DNA of 64,000 nt, taken from NCBI GenBank assembly GCA_963662945.1, contig OY759974.1, positions 1,728,001-1,792,000 on the forward strand, given 5' to 3'. Below the pieces are notes generated by a model. It searched no databases and was not told the DNA's origin. It saw only the letters and a list, made by a program, of their open reading frames with translations. How positions within the stretch are numbered: position 1 is the first letter of the stretch; the number at the start of each line of letters is the position of its first letter. The position numbers and the translations under genes are program-made. This document shows positions 52,395-62,844 of the stretch, one piece after another. This DNA is from Arcobacteraceae bacterium. GTDB taxonomy: Bacteria; Campylobacterota; Campylobacteria; Campylobacterales; Arcobacteraceae.

Positions 52395-53497
52395 AATATT
52401 TAATTTATGTATTTATATATTTATTTGTATTTGTAGGTTGTACACAAAAAACAACGCAAACAGCAACACCACAAAAAAGTTTTAATTCTTCTATAAATAC
52501 AATACAACAAACAAATCAAATTTTACAAACAAAAATCCCATCAAATGAATTGGAAGATATTAGTATTATACAAAATAATATTATTGCAATTGTGTATCCA
52601 TCTGTAAATATTGGTAAATATGCATTAGAAGCTACAAATAGTATTAACACTTATTTACTTTATAAAGGAAAACCTTTTTCAATAGAAACATACGATATGT
52701 TTTTTCAAAATGAACAAAATATTATCAAAACATTCAAGCAAATTGAAGAAAAAAACATTACAAAAGTTATTGCAATGATAACTAAAGAACAACTATTAGT
52801 TTTAAATAGTGTACCAAATATAGATAAAATCAATATCTATTTACCACTTATTAATAAGTATGAAGTATCAGATATAAATAAGTTAAATAATTTACATCTC
52901 ACTTTTGGTGGTATAAGTTATGATGAGCAATTTAAAAAATTATTTGGATACTCTCAAGGGAGACAATTAGTTGAGTTTTATGATAATACTCAAATAGGAA
53001 GTTTTTTACATGGCTTTTTAAAATCACAAAAAGTAGCTTACACAAAAATTATTGATGATAATAATGGCTTATATCAATATTTTTTAAAAGGGAATAGGTA
53101 TGTAAATAATTCAAGTATTATTTTAAATACACCTATCGTAAAAAGTTCAATACTTTTATCATCTATAACAGCCCAAGAGTTATCTCCAGCTATGGTACTA
53201 TCAACACAGTTAAATTACACACCTTTGATTTTTTCCTTAACACAAACAATGGATAGAAAAAATTTAATAGTAGCAAATTCTATAGGAAAAATTCCATTAG
53301 AATTAATAGAATATAGTGAGATATTGGGAAATAGTATTTCGTATAATTGGGTAAATTATTCATCAATTATTGGAGCAGAATTATTATCAACAAATAATAT
53401 AGATTTCTTCGAAGATTTAAAAATAAAGGATAATCAAGTTGTGTATCCTGTAAATCTTTATGAGGTTAATGATAATTCATTTAGCCTCATAAAATAG
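52391..53497 (+). CDS. Hypothetical lipoprotein (possible periplasmic-binding-protein-like fold)
   Basis: Lipobox FVGC; ATGA overlap with upstream gene. Confidence 0.75.
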   Translation: MKYLIYVFIYLFVFVGCTQKTTQTATPQKSFNSSINTIQQTNQILQTKIPSNELEDISIIQNNIIAIVYPSVNIGKYALEATNSINTYLLYKGKPFSIETYDMFFQNEQNIIKTFKQIEEKNITKVIAMITKEQLLVLNSVPNIDKINIYLPLINKYEVSDINKLNNLHLTFGGISYDEQFKKLFGYSQGRQLVEFYDNTQIGSFLHGFLKSQKVAYTKIIDDNNGLYQYFLKGNRYVNNSSIILNTPIVKSSILLSSITAQELSPAMVLSTQLNYTPLIFSLTQTMDRKNLIVANSIGKIPLELIEYSEILGNSISYNWVNYSSIIGAELLSTNNIDFFEDLKIKDNQVVYPVNLYEVNDNSFSLIK

Positions 53498-53500
53498 TTG

Positions 53501-54124
53501 CTATAAATGAGATAAAATTTGAGTTAAATCTTTTTTATCTATAATAATATTAGCTTCTTTTTTTAATATCTCTTTTGCACAAAAAGCTACTCTTTTATCT
53601 GCAAACTTAAACATACTTCTGTCATTTGCACCATCTCCAACAACAAGTGTATCAGCTCTTCCTACATTAAGAAGTCTTTGGATTCTTTGTATCATTTCCC
53701 CTTTACTATAATCAAACATCATTTCACCACCAACAAGCCCAGTTAATAAACCATCTTTTTGATGTAAAATATTTGAAAAATCAGCATCTAAACCAAGTTT
53801 TTCCTTTGCAGGTTCAGTTCCAACTCTAAATCCACCACTAAAACAAACCACTTTATATCCCATATCTTTGAGTTTTGTCACAGTTTCAAGTGCCCCTGGC
53901 ATTAAAGGTAAATCTCGTCCAATTTTTACAACTTTTTCATACTCTAAACCTTTTAGAAGTTCAACTCTTGTAATTAAACTTTCAAAAAAATCAAGTTCAC
54001 CTCTCATCGCTTTTTCAGTGATAGTTGCAACTTTTTCTTCTAGTCCAAGTTCTGCTGCAAAAAAATCTATTGTTTCTCCATCCATAAGTGTAGAATCAAA
54101 ATCAAATACTGCTAGTTTATTCAA
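53501..54124 (-). CDS. serB: Phosphoserine phosphatase
   Basis: FDFDSTL, SGGF, GDGAND. Confidence 0.95.
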   Translation of the reverse strand: MNKLAVFDFDSTLMDGETIDFFAAELGLEEKVATITEKAMRGELDFFESLITRVELLKGLEYEKVVKIGRDLPLMPGALETVTKLKDMGYKVVCFSGGFRVGTEPAKEKLGLDADFSNILHQKDGLLTGLVGGEMMFDYSKGEMIQRIQRLLNVGRADTLVVGDGANDRSMFKFADKRVAFCAKEILKKEANIIIDKKDLTQILSHL

Positions 54125-54203
54125 GTGGGTTCCTTTGGGTAATCATAATTTATTACCTTTATGATATAATTTAGGAATTATACCTAAAAAGGATTAAACA
54201 TAA

Positions 54204-55115
54204 ATGTTTGAAACATTGATTAGAAAGTTACAAGAAGATAAATATATTACATTAGAAACAACACCATCTCATGAACCAAATATAGATAATATAATAAATA
54301 AAATAGAAGAGTACGGATTAGATAAAAAAGTAGATGGATTTAGTACAACAGACAATCCTCTTGCAAAACTAAAATATAATGCTTTATTTGCTGCAATAAA
54401 ATTACAACAAAAATTTAATAAACCAGTTATTGCAACTGTTAGTATGCGAGATAGAAATAAAATAGCACTTCAAAGTGATTTATTAGGAGCAAATGATTTT
54501 GATATACGAGCTATTTTAGCTTTAACTGGTGATCCTGCAAATATGTCAGATCAACCACACACAAAAGGAGTATTTGAAGCAAATTCAAATATGCTTTTAG
54601 AAATTATAAATTCTTTTAACAATGGAATGGATTACGCAGGTCGTCCTTTTAAAAGTGAACCAAAAACAATATATCCTTTTGCAGTTACGAATTCTTATGC
54701 AAAAAATATGAAAAGCTTAGAAAAGAAAATGGCTAAAAAAGTTTTAAATGGTGCCAAAGGAATTATCACTCAACCTGTGTATGATGTAGATAATGCAAAA
54801 GTATTGTTAGATTATTTTACTAATGTTCAAAATGGATTTCAAGATGAGAGACAAAATGCGCAATTAATACTTGGAATTTTTCCTATTACTAGATTACGAA
54901 CTGCACAGTTTTTATCAGCACACGTTCCTGGTATTTATGTACCACAAGATTGGATAGATAAATTAACAGTTGCTAGTAGAATAGGTGAAGATGAAGAGAT
55001 AAAAGTAGGTACCAATTTAAGTAAACAACTTTTAAAAGATCTTCAAAATATACATCCAAAAGTGCATCTTATGACAGCAAATAAATTTGAATTAGCAAAT
55101 GAGTTATTAGATTAA
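54204..55115 (+). CDS. metF: Methylenetetrahydrofolate reductase family protein
   Basis: TDNPLA, RDRN, ILALTGDP, ITQPVYD; TGATATAAT extended -10 at 54162-54170. Confidence 0.85.
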   Translation: MFETLIRKLQEDKYITLETTPSHEPNIDNIINKIEEYGLDKKVDGFSTTDNPLAKLKYNALFAAIKLQQKFNKPVIATVSMRDRNKIALQSDLLGANDFDIRAILALTGDPANMSDQPHTKGVFEANSNMLLEIINSFNNGMDYAGRPFKSEPKTIYPFAVTNSYAKNMKSLEKKMAKKVLNGAKGIITQPVYDVDNAKVLLDYFTNVQNGFQDERQNAQLILGIFPITRLRTAQFLSAHVPGIYVPQDWIDKLTVASRIGEDEEIKVGTNLSKQLLKDLQNIHPKVHLMTANKFELANELLD

Positions 55116-55116
55116 A

Positions 55117-55503
55117 ATGTCAAAAAAATATGCTTCAATTGATATAGGACTTAAAAGAATAGGGTGCGCAGTATCTTTGATGTCAGATATAGTAAATCCC
55201 CAAGAAGCAATTTTGCGAAAAAATCGAGAACAAGCTAGTCGTGATGTAGATAAGTTCTTAGAAGATTGGCAGATAGATACACTAATTGTTGGATATCCAG
55301 AATCTAGTGAAGATATGCGTCCAAGAGTTGAACACTTTGTAAAGCTTTTAAAGTTTAGTGGAGAGATAGTATTTCAAAATGAAAACTTAAGTTCACAAGA
55401 AGCGAAAGAACTAACACGTGGTGAGATAAAACATAAAAGAGATGGAAGAATCGACTCTATAGCTGCAAAAATTATATTAGAAAGGTATCTTAGTTCAAAA
55501 TGA
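55117..55503 (+). CDS. ruvX: YqgF/RuvX pre-16S rRNA nuclease
   Basis: SIDIGLKRIG, ENLSS.EA, IDSIAA.IILERYL. Confidence 0.92.
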   Translation: MSKKYASIDIGLKRIGCAVSLMSDIVNPQEAILRKNREQASRDVDKFLEDWQIDTLIVGYPESSEDMRPRVEHFVKLLKFSGEIVFQNENLSSQEAKELTRGEIKHKRDGRIDSIAAKIILERYLSSK

Positions 55504-55850
55504 TTGGTGTAGATATAGTAGTAATTTCTAGAATTGAAAAGCTTATAGAAAAGTTTGGAAATAAAGCATTAGATAGATTTTTGGATGAAGAGGAACAACA
55601 ACTTATTAAATCAGCTTCAACAGCTGCTGGATTTTGGGCTGCAAAAGAGGCTGCAAGTAAAGCAATAGGCACAGGAATAGGTGTAAATTGTGGATTTCAT
55701 GATATAAAAATATCTAAAGATAAAAATAATGCACCTAAAATCAAATACAAAAAAGATATTCGAAAAAAGTATAAAATAAAAAATTCATCACTAAGTATTA
55801 CTCATGATGGTGGTTTTGCAATTGCAGTTGTAGCCTTGGAGAAAAAATGA
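55500..55850 (+). CDS. acpS: Holo-ACP synthase
   Basis: GVDIV.I.RI, WAAKEA..KA, LSITHD. Confidence 0.95.
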   Translation: MIGVDIVVISRIEKLIEKFGNKALDRFLDEEEQQLIKSASTAAGFWAAKEAASKAIGTGIGVNCGFHDIKISKDKNNAPKIKYKKDIRKKYKIKNSSLSITHDGGFAIAVVALEKK

Positions 55851-56806
55851 TTAAAGTTATTGGTAAAAAACTTATTTATATAGGAGTGATGCTTTTTATT
55901 ATTTCTTTAATATCATTTGTTGCAATAAATTTAGCACCTAATAGTTTTTTTGCATCAGGAGATTTAAATCCTAATATTACAGAAGAATCTATTACACATC
56001 TTAAAGAGATATATGGATTAGATAAACCTTTGTATGTGCAATTTTTTTCTTGGGTTATTAATATTACAAGTTTAGATTTTGGAATATCTTTTAGTAGTGG
56101 AATGAATGTAAAAGATGAAATATTAAATCGAATACCAATTACACTTACAATTAATATTATTAGTATGGTAGTTATATTTGTTTTATCTTTATATTTGGGT
56201 ATTAAAGCTGCTTTAAATAAGGATAAGTTCTTTGATAGATTTGTTGGTCAATTATCTCTTTTGAGTTTTTCACTTCCTTCTTTTTATTTAGCTTTACTTT
56301 TAGTACTTGTATTTGCAGTTACTTGGGAAATTGTACCTATTGCTGGACTTCATAGTGGAGGGTTAGAGCAGGGAAGTTTTGAATATTATATGGATACTGC
56401 ATGGCACTTACTTTTGCCCATTGGTATTATTATTTTTGGAGGTATCGGAAGTCTTACTTTATATATACGCTCTTTAACTTTAGAAATTTTAAAAAGTGAT
56501 TATATCTTTTTTGCTCGTGCTCGAGATCTTGATAGTAAAAAAGTACTAAGATATTATATTTTACCAAATCTATATCCACCTGTTATAACACTTCTTGGAC
56601 TAAGTCTTCCTGGGATAATAGGGGGAAGTGTGATACTAGAAACGATATTTTCTATAGATGGGATGGGATTATTGTTTTTTCAATCTGCTTTAAGTAGAGA
56701 TTATCCTGTAATTATGGGAATTCTTATAATTGGTGCATTTTTAACTTTACTTGGAAATATTTTAGCAGATTTAATTTTATTAAAACTCAATCCAAGTATG
56801 AAATGA
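55847..56806 (+). CDS. Peptide/nickel ABC transporter permease (DppB/OppB-like)
   Basis: YGLDKPL, DFGIS, DYI..ARARDL, ETIFS..GMG, RDYPVI. Confidence 0.9.
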   Translation: MIKVIGKKLIYIGVMLFIISLISFVAINLAPNSFFASGDLNPNITEESITHLKEIYGLDKPLYVQFFSWVINITSLDFGISFSSGMNVKDEILNRIPITLTINIISMVVIFVLSLYLGIKAALNKDKFFDRFVGQLSLLSFSLPSFYLALLLVLVFAVTWEIVPIAGLHSGGLEQGSFEYYMDTAWHLLLPIGIIIFGGIGSLTLYIRSLTLEILKSDYIFFARARDLDSKKVLRYYILPNLYPPVITLLGLSLPGIIGGSVILETIFSIDGMGLLFFQSALSRDYPVIMGILIIGAFLTLLGNILADLILLKLNPSMK

Positions 56807-56832
56807 GTTATTTTATAGTTTGGGAAAACTAA

Positions 56833-57225
56833 CTATTCGTTAGCTTTCCATTGCTTGTATAAAGCCTCATGTTCAGCAATCTCTTCTCTTGAAGGTTTTC
56901 TTCTACAAGATAGATATCCTTTACTTCCATCACAACTCTCAAATGGAAATACTGTTGCAAACACCCAATAGTATCCTCCATCTTTTGTTGCATTCTTTAC
57001 ATATCCTGTCCACACTTCACCTTTTTGCACTGTATCCCACAATGATTTAAATGCTGCTTTTGGCATATCTTTATGTCGTACCATATTATGTGGTTTATCT
57101 ATTAATTCTTCTAAAGAGTATCCTGCTATTTTACAAAAGTCATCATTTGCAAATTTAATTATCCCTTTTGCATCTGTTTCACTTACTAGGAATGCATAAT
57201 CATCTAATACTGTTTCACCTGCCAT
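56833..57225 (-). CDS. Stand-alone Aer-type PAS protein (CetB-like)
   Basis: LVSETD.KG.I.FAN, PHNMVRH.DMP..AF..LW, W.GYVKN..K.GGYYWV. Confidence 0.88.
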   Translation of the reverse strand: MAGETVLDDYAFLVSETDAKGIIKFANDDFCKIAGYSLEELIDKPHNMVRHKDMPKAAFKSLWDTVQKGEVWTGYVKNATKDGGYYWVFATVFPFESCDGSKGYLSCRRKPSREEIAEHEALYKQWKANE

Positions 57226-57237
57226 ACTGATTCCTTT

Positions 57238-58638
57238 CTAGTTAAATTTCTTTGTTTGTGCATCTGACACTAGGTCATTTGCCATTTTACTTACATCTTG
57301 TGCTATTGATGCAACTGAGTTTGCTTCACTTGCATTCTCTTGTGTTACTCTATCTAGCATAGTCACTGCATCATTGATTTGTTCTATTCCTGTCATTTGT
57401 TCTTTACTTGCACGACTAACATCTTCGATTAGTTCTATTGTTTGATTAAAGTTCTCATTGAGTGATTCATATCCTTTTATCATATCATCACTTACTTTTT
57501 TACCTTCATTTGCTTTACTTGCTGCATTCTCTACTAATGTTTTTATTTCATTTGCTGCATCTGCACTTCTTGAAGCTAGGTTTCTTACTTCTTGAGCAAC
57601 TACTGCAAATCCTTTTCCAGCTTCACCTGCTGTTGCTGCTTCTACTGCTGCATTAAGTGAGAGAATATTTGTTTGGAATGCTATTTGATCTATTACAGTA
57701 ATAGCTTCATTAATTGCTGTTACTTGAGAGTTTATTTCATCCATTGAAGAAGATGTTTTACTAGCTAATGTCATACCATTAGAAACTTCTGTTTTTACAC
57801 GGCTTCCTAATTCTGACATTTTAGAGGCATTATTTGCATTATTTCTTGTAATACTTGTTATCTCTTCTACTGCTGCTGCTGTTTCTTCCAAGCTAGCTGC
57901 TTGTTGATTTGCTTTATTTGCTAGGTTTGTTACACTTGTTGTCATTGTACTTGAGTTTGTTTGTAGGTGTTCCCCATTTGACAGGTTCTGTTTTGCGCTA
58001 TTTGCTAGGGAGTTCCCTAGGGTGTTTACACTTTGCATTACTGCTAGCATATCGCCTTTGATTTTATGATGAATTTTAATTTTACTTCTAAAGTCATTAT
58101 TTGCATAGAGTTCAACATTTGTTTTTAACTCCTTCATATTTGTTTCTGATTTATTTAAAGTATGGTTTAGAGTCTCTCTTAAAGCTTCAATCATAAAATT
58201 GTGCGATTTTGAATGAATTCTGCATTGATAGATACCTTGAGACATTTTATCAAGTGTAAGAACTATTTCTCCCAATACTTTCATATCCTCTTTTCTCATT
58301 GTATCAAATTGATCAACATAACTATTGAGTTCTGTTAAAATCAGCCCAATCTCATCATGTTTCATGTATTGTGCTTTTTCAATTTTATTTACTCTCATAA
58401 AAGCAAAATCCATAATATCATCCATATATCTTTTGAATCTTTCAATTCCACCACTAATTCTTTGTAATGCAGCATAATTCGTATATGCAATAATAACTGC
58501 AAATATAAGATTTATGATAATAATAGCAGATACTTTTGACTCACTTAAGATTGCAACTATTGAGATTGTTGCAAATCCAATTTGAGCCAAAATCATATTT
58601 ATAAATATTTTCCATTTTGTTGAGACATTTGTAAACAT
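57238..58638 (-). CDS. Methyl-accepting chemotaxis protein without periplasmic domain (CetA-like)
   Basis: Two adjacent N-terminal TMs, MA domain [17 protein letters not shown]; 12 bp from PAS gene. Confidence 0.88.
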   Translation of the reverse strand: MFTNVSTKWKIFINMILAQIGFATISIVAILSESKVSAIIIINLIFAVIIAYTNYAALQRISGGIERFKRYMDDIMDFAFMRVNKIEKAQYMKHDEIGLILTELNSYVDQFDTMRKEDMKVLGEIVLTLDKMSQGIYQCRIHSKSHNFMIEALRETLNHTLNKSETNMKELKTNVELYANNDFRSKIKIHHKIKGDMLAVMQSVNTLGNSLANSAKQNLSNGEHLQTNSSTMTTSVTNLANKANQQAASLEETAAAVEEITSITRNNANNASKMSELGSRVKTEVSNGMTLASKTSSSMDEINSQVTAINEAITVIDQIAFQTNILSLNAAVEAATAGEAGKGFAVVAQEVRNLASRSADAANEIKTLVENAASKANEGKKVSDDMIKGYESLNENFNQTIELIEDVSRASKEQMTGIEQINDAVTMLDRVTQENASEANSVASIAQDVSKMANDLVSDAQTKKFN

Positions 58639-58681
58639 TTTTTCCCTTTTTTAATAATTTTATTAGATATAATATCACATA

Positions 58682-59929
58682 TTAACTGTTAATTACAACA
58701 TCGTCTAATTTTTTATCTTTTATATTACATAGTACTTCATCTGCTAAATCTATCATCTCTTCTAATGAATTTGAAAAATCTATATTTGCTCCAATACTAA
58801 CAGTGATATTGTATATATTGTCATCTATTTTTAAAGGGGTGTTTTTTATGATACTTTTAATCTCTTCAAAGGTATCTATTATTTCAGCATAAGCTCTATT
58901 TTTAAATAAAATACAAAATTGGTCAGAACCAAATCTTGAGATGATTGAGTCTTGGTTAAGATTTTGATTTAAAATTTTTCCAACATGTTTGATTGCTTCA
59001 TCTCCTATATCATGACCATAAGAATCACACATAACTTCAAAATTATTTATATCTATCATCAATGTAGCTAAAAGTGTTTTTTTAGAAGTGGCTCGTTCGT
59101 AAATATCTCTACCAATTTCTAATAGATATCTCTTATTAAAGAGTCCCGTTAATGGATCTTTTTTTGATTTGTCTTGGGTATAATCAAAAAGTTCTATCAC
59201 CTCTATATTGTTATTTACTCTTGCTATAAACTCTTCATTTGTAAAATCTTTATATAAAAAGTCATTTGCTCCATATTTTAAAAAGTTAGCAACAATCTCT
59301 TTTTCACTAGTGCCAGAAAGTGCAATAATAGCAACTTCATCTTTTTTATAAGTTTTTCTAAGCTCCATAGTAAACTGTAGTCCATCCATCTTTGGCATCA
59401 TATAATCTACTAAAATTACTTTTATATCAGCTCTTTGTTTGATGGTTTCTAAAGCATCTATAGCACTATAGTTTATAGTAGTATTAAGATTATATCTTTT
59501 ACAAAGTGATTCCATTTTTGCTGCAAATGTTTTTGAGTCATCTACTATTAAAATCTCTATTTTTGCATTCAGTATAAATCTTTTTACAACGGCAATAGTA
59601 TAATCTATAGCATAACTTCCATTTTTTAAAACATAATCTATTAAATTATCATTTTTAAAAATATCATCTTTTTTTTCTAACTGTGAACCTGTTAATAAAA
59701 TAGATGGTATTTTAAATTTGTTTATAAAAGATATTATCTCACCATTTTGAGCATCCGGAAGATTATAATCAAGTAATGCCAGGGTAAAATCACCCTTATG
59801 TTTAAGTATCAAGTCTGCACATTCTTTCATGGAAGCGGCAGTGTAAACTTTTAGTCCTAGTTCGTTTTCTATACCTATTTTTAGTCTGTTGAGGATAGTT
59901 TTACTATCATCAACTATTAATATATTCAT
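58682..59929 (-). CDS. REC-REC-GGDEF protein with degenerate active site (GSDQF), CbrR-like architecture
   Basis: Two receiver domains; DPLTGLFN, YGHDIGD, SRFGSDQF. Confidence 0.87.
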   Translation of the reverse strand: MNILIVDDSKTILNRLKIGIENELGLKVYTAASMKECADLILKHKGDFTLALLDYNLPDAQNGEIISFINKFKIPSILLTGSQLEKKDDIFKNDNLIDYVLKNGSYAIDYTIAVVKRFILNAKIEILIVDDSKTFAAKMESLCKRYNLNTTINYSAIDALETIKQRADIKVILVDYMMPKMDGLQFTMELRKTYKKDEVAIIALSGTSEKEIVANFLKYGANDFLYKDFTNEEFIARVNNNIEVIELFDYTQDKSKKDPLTGLFNKRYLLEIGRDIYERATSKKTLLATLMIDINNFEVMCDSYGHDIGDEAIKHVGKILNQNLNQDSIISRFGSDQFCILFKNRAYAEIIDTFEEIKSIIKNTPLKIDDNIYNITVSIGANIDFSNSLEEMIDLADEVLCNIKDKKLDDVVINS

Positions 59930-59937
59930 AATTTTCC

Positions 59938-62139
59938 TTAGTCTTTATATGTTTCTCGTATTTTTAAAAATGCATCTTTATGTTGAAAGAATAGTTCTAC
60001 AAGTTGTGGATCAAATTGTTTTCCTTTTTCCTCTTCAAAAAGTTTGAAAATTCTCTCATCATCCCACGCTTCTTTATAGCATCTTTGACTTCCTAGGGCA
60101 TCAAAGACATCTGCTACTGCTGTAATCCTTCCATAGATATGAATATTTTCACCGCTTAATCCTCTTGGATATCCACTTCCATCCCATTTTTCATGGTGTT
60201 CATGAGATACTATTGAAGCAGCATTGAGAACTTCTCTATTGGAACCTTTTAGGACACTATATCCAATTTCGGCATGAGATTTCATCACTTCAAACTCTTC
60301 ATAAGTAAGTTTTGCAGGTTTTTTTAAGATCTCATCAGGGATACCAACTTTTCCTATATCATGCATAGGGCTAGCTGTAAAAAGTATATTTGCCTCATGT
60401 TCACTTAAGCCGTAACTTAAAGCTAAAAGTTTAGAATACTCAGCAACTCTTTTTACATGATTTCCAGTTTCTTTACTTCTTGTTTCACCTATCTCTCCCA
60501 TTCTGTAAATTACATCTTTTTGTGTATTCTCAATCTCTTCGTGAAGTTCAAATAGTTCAGTTAAATCATGTCTGATTGCCATATATTCTACAATATCATC
60601 TGCTTCATTTTTTATTGGAACAATTGTAGAATTTACCCAATATGTTGTTCCATCTTTTCTTTTATTTTTTAAGATAGCTTGAAATACATTACCTGATTTT
60701 ATTGTATCCCATAAATTTTTTATAATCTCTTTTGGTGTATCTGGATGTTTAAAGATACTATGATTTTTTCCTATAATTTCATCTCTAGAATAGCCAGTGA
60801 TTTCAATAAATTTATCATTGATGTAAGTGATTTTCCCTTTTAAATCGCTTCTTGATAAAATATTTGATTGATTAATAGCATTTTCATACTCTTGTGCTGT
60901 TTGCATTGCAACACTGAGTTTTGCTTCAGTACCTTGAAATTTATCTTGAAAATATGCTTCAATCTCTTTCTTTTGGGTAATATCATTTCGTAGTCCTATA
61001 AACTCTTCTATATTACCATCAGAGTCAACTATAGGTTTTATCATAGCATCTACCCAATAGTATGAGCCATCTTTTTTCCTATTTTTTACTTCACCTCTCC
61101 AAGTTTGTTTAAGTTCTTTGATGGTGTACCACATATTTGTATAGATACCTTTTGGCATATCTGGATGTCTTACAATATTATGATTTTTTCCCAAAAGCTC
61201 TTCTTCTGTATAACCAGAAAGTTCACAAAACTTTTCATTTACATAGGTGATGATTCCAGAGGGATTTGCTTTTGAAACGATAGAACTTTCATCGACCGCA
61301 TTTTTATATTCCTCCAAAATTTTTGTTGAACAAATTATTTCATCTTCTCTTCTTTTATAGTCAATCCATAAATCAGCTTTTAAAACAATCTCTTCTATTA
61401 CATATGGTTTTCGTATGATATCAACTGCACCAGCTTTTAAACCATCTCTTACTATTTCAGCATCTACATTTCCAGAGATAATAATAGTAGCTATTTTTTG
61501 AACATCTACGATTAATTGATGATATTTTTCCAAGAATCTTATACCGTGGGTTTTCCCCAACTGTACATCTAAAAACATCATATCTATTTTTTTATTTTTT
61601 ATAATATCAAGAGCAATATTTTCATCACTTGCAATTTCAATGTTGTAGTATCTATTCGAAAGGATATCTTTAAGTTGCTCTTGTATTACAAAAGAGTCAT
61701 CAACTACAAGTATAGTTTTATTTTTATTTTTTTCTAGTTGTTCTATTGTTTTAGTAACTTGATGAATTTTGTGAAAAAAGCTTTTATCTTTCACAATATA
61801 ATCTATTACACCTCTTTGATAGGAAACTTCTCGAAATTGTTTATCATTTTCACTTGTAAGTACAAATATTTTTTCAGGAGTATTTTCAAGCTTTCTGATA
61901 AGATCATACCCATTTCCGTCAGGAAGGTTAATATCAAGTAATAAATAGTGTATTGTATGTTTTTCTACAGTTTTATAGGCATCTTTAAGTGTTGAAACAC
62001 TAAAGCAGTTAAAACCATCTTTTGTAAACTCTGCTGTTAATATTTTATTGAAAGATGTTGAGTCCTCAATAATAAGTAAATTATAACTTGACGGATTGAA
62101 TTTTTGATGAGAAATTGTATTGCATTGCTCTTGTGACAC
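59938..62139 (-). CDS. REC-REC-PAS-PAS-HD-GYP phosphodiesterase
   Basis: Two REC, two PAS (GKNHNIVRHPDMP; GKNHSIFKHPDTP), ETGNHVKRV, MHDIGK, HHEKWDGSGYP. Confidence 0.92.
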   Translation of the reverse strand: MSQEQCNTISHQKFNPSSYNLLIIEDSTSFNKILTAEFTKDGFNCFSVSTLKDAYKTVEKHTIHYLLLDINLPDGNGYDLIRKLENTPEKIFVLTSENDKQFREVSYQRGVIDYIVKDKSFFHKIHQVTKTIEQLEKNKNKTILVVDDSFVIQEQLKDILSNRYYNIEIASDENIALDIIKNKKIDMMFLDVQLGKTHGIRFLEKYHQLIVDVQKIATIIISGNVDAEIVRDGLKAGAVDIIRKPYVIEEIVLKADLWIDYKRREDEIICSTKILEEYKNAVDESSIVSKANPSGIITYVNEKFCELSGYTEEELLGKNHNIVRHPDMPKGIYTNMWYTIKELKQTWRGEVKNRKKDGSYYWVDAMIKPIVDSDGNIEEFIGLRNDITQKKEIEAYFQDKFQGTEAKLSVAMQTAQEYENAINQSNILSRSDLKGKITYINDKFIEITGYSRDEIIGKNHSIFKHPDTPKEIIKNLWDTIKSGNVFQAILKNKRKDGTTYWVNSTIVPIKNEADDIVEYMAIRHDLTELFELHEEIENTQKDVIYRMGEIGETRSKETGNHVKRVAEYSKLLALSYGLSEHEANILFTASPMHDIGKVGIPDEILKKPAKLTYEEFEVMKSHAEIGYSVLKGSNREVLNAASIVSHEHHEKWDGSGYPRGLSGENIHIYGRITAVADVFDALGSQRCYKEAWDDERIFKLFEEEKGKQFDPQLVELFFQHKDAFLKIRETYKD

Positions 62140-62215
62140 ACGAAACCCTAGTTTTTTTAAAATTGTAAAAGTCTAACGGTATTAAACTTAATTGATGATT
62201 ATAATATTAAAAATA

Positions 62216-62243
62216 AGTTAAATATATTTTTTAATATTTAACT
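62216..62243 (-). terminator. Possible terminator after msrA
   Basis: AGTTAAATAT...ATATTTAACT inverted repeat immediately after msrA stop. Confidence 0.45.
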
Positions 62244-62244
62244 A

Positions 62245-62736
62245 TTAAAATCGTTTTATATACTTATGACAATAAGGTTGTTTATTGTGTTTGAAGTAAT
62301 AGTCTTGATGGTACTCTTCTGCTTCAAAAAAAGGTGTGTTATGTGTAGAGATAAGTTGCGTAGCTACATCATACCCTTTATTTTTAAGTATATCTATTAA
62401 AGCTTGTGCGATATCTTTTTCCTCTTGATTGTTATAAAATATAGCACTTAGGTATTGATTTCCTATATCTGGTCCTTGGCCATTTTTTTGGGTTGGATCA
62501 TGAATCTCAAAAAAAAGTTCAGCTAGTTCCTCAAAAGTTACAATCTCATTATCATAATCAACCCTTACAACCTCTAGATGCCCAGTTCTTCCCTCACACA
62601 CCTCTTTATAGCTTGGATTGTTTAGATGTCCTCCCATATATCCACTAATGGCAGCTTTAACACCTTCTAGTTGTTCAAAGTAATATTCAACTCCCCAAAA
62701 ACATCCACCTGCAAAATATGCTGATTGTAAATTCAT
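62245..62736 (-). CDS. msrA: Peptide methionine sulfoxide reductase A
   Basis: GGCFWG, GHLEVV, AEEYHQDY. Confidence 0.96.
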   Translation of the reverse strand: MNLQSAYFAGGCFWGVEYYFEQLEGVKAAISGYMGGHLNNPSYKEVCEGRTGHLEVVRVDYDNEIVTFEELAELFFEIHDPTQKNGQGPDIGNQYLSAIFYNNQEEKDIAQALIDILKNKGYDVATQLISTHNTPFFEAEEYHQDYYFKHNKQPYCHKYIKRF

Positions 62737-62844
62737 ATTGTAACCTTTCTTAAATATAATACCATTATAAAAAAGTAATACTTAATTGGAATTTATTATT
62801 TGTTAATAATTGTTTGTTACAATAGTAAACTTAAGTAAGGAGTT

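Noticed and set aside
36740-57720. Near-identical nucleotide stretches at about 36740-36900 and 57560-57720, and among the three kinase 3' ends
   Set aside because: Explained by conserved MCP signalling and HATPase motifs in paralogs; not a mobile repeat.
58005-58020. CTAGGG-AGTT-CCCTAG hairpin inside the CetA-like gene
   Set aside because: Short, single, inside coding sequence; plausibly chance.
62190-62210. Fur-box-like AATTGATGATTATAATATT upstream of the HD-GYP gene
   Set aside because: Only a partial match in very AT-rich DNA; not supportable without a matrix scan.
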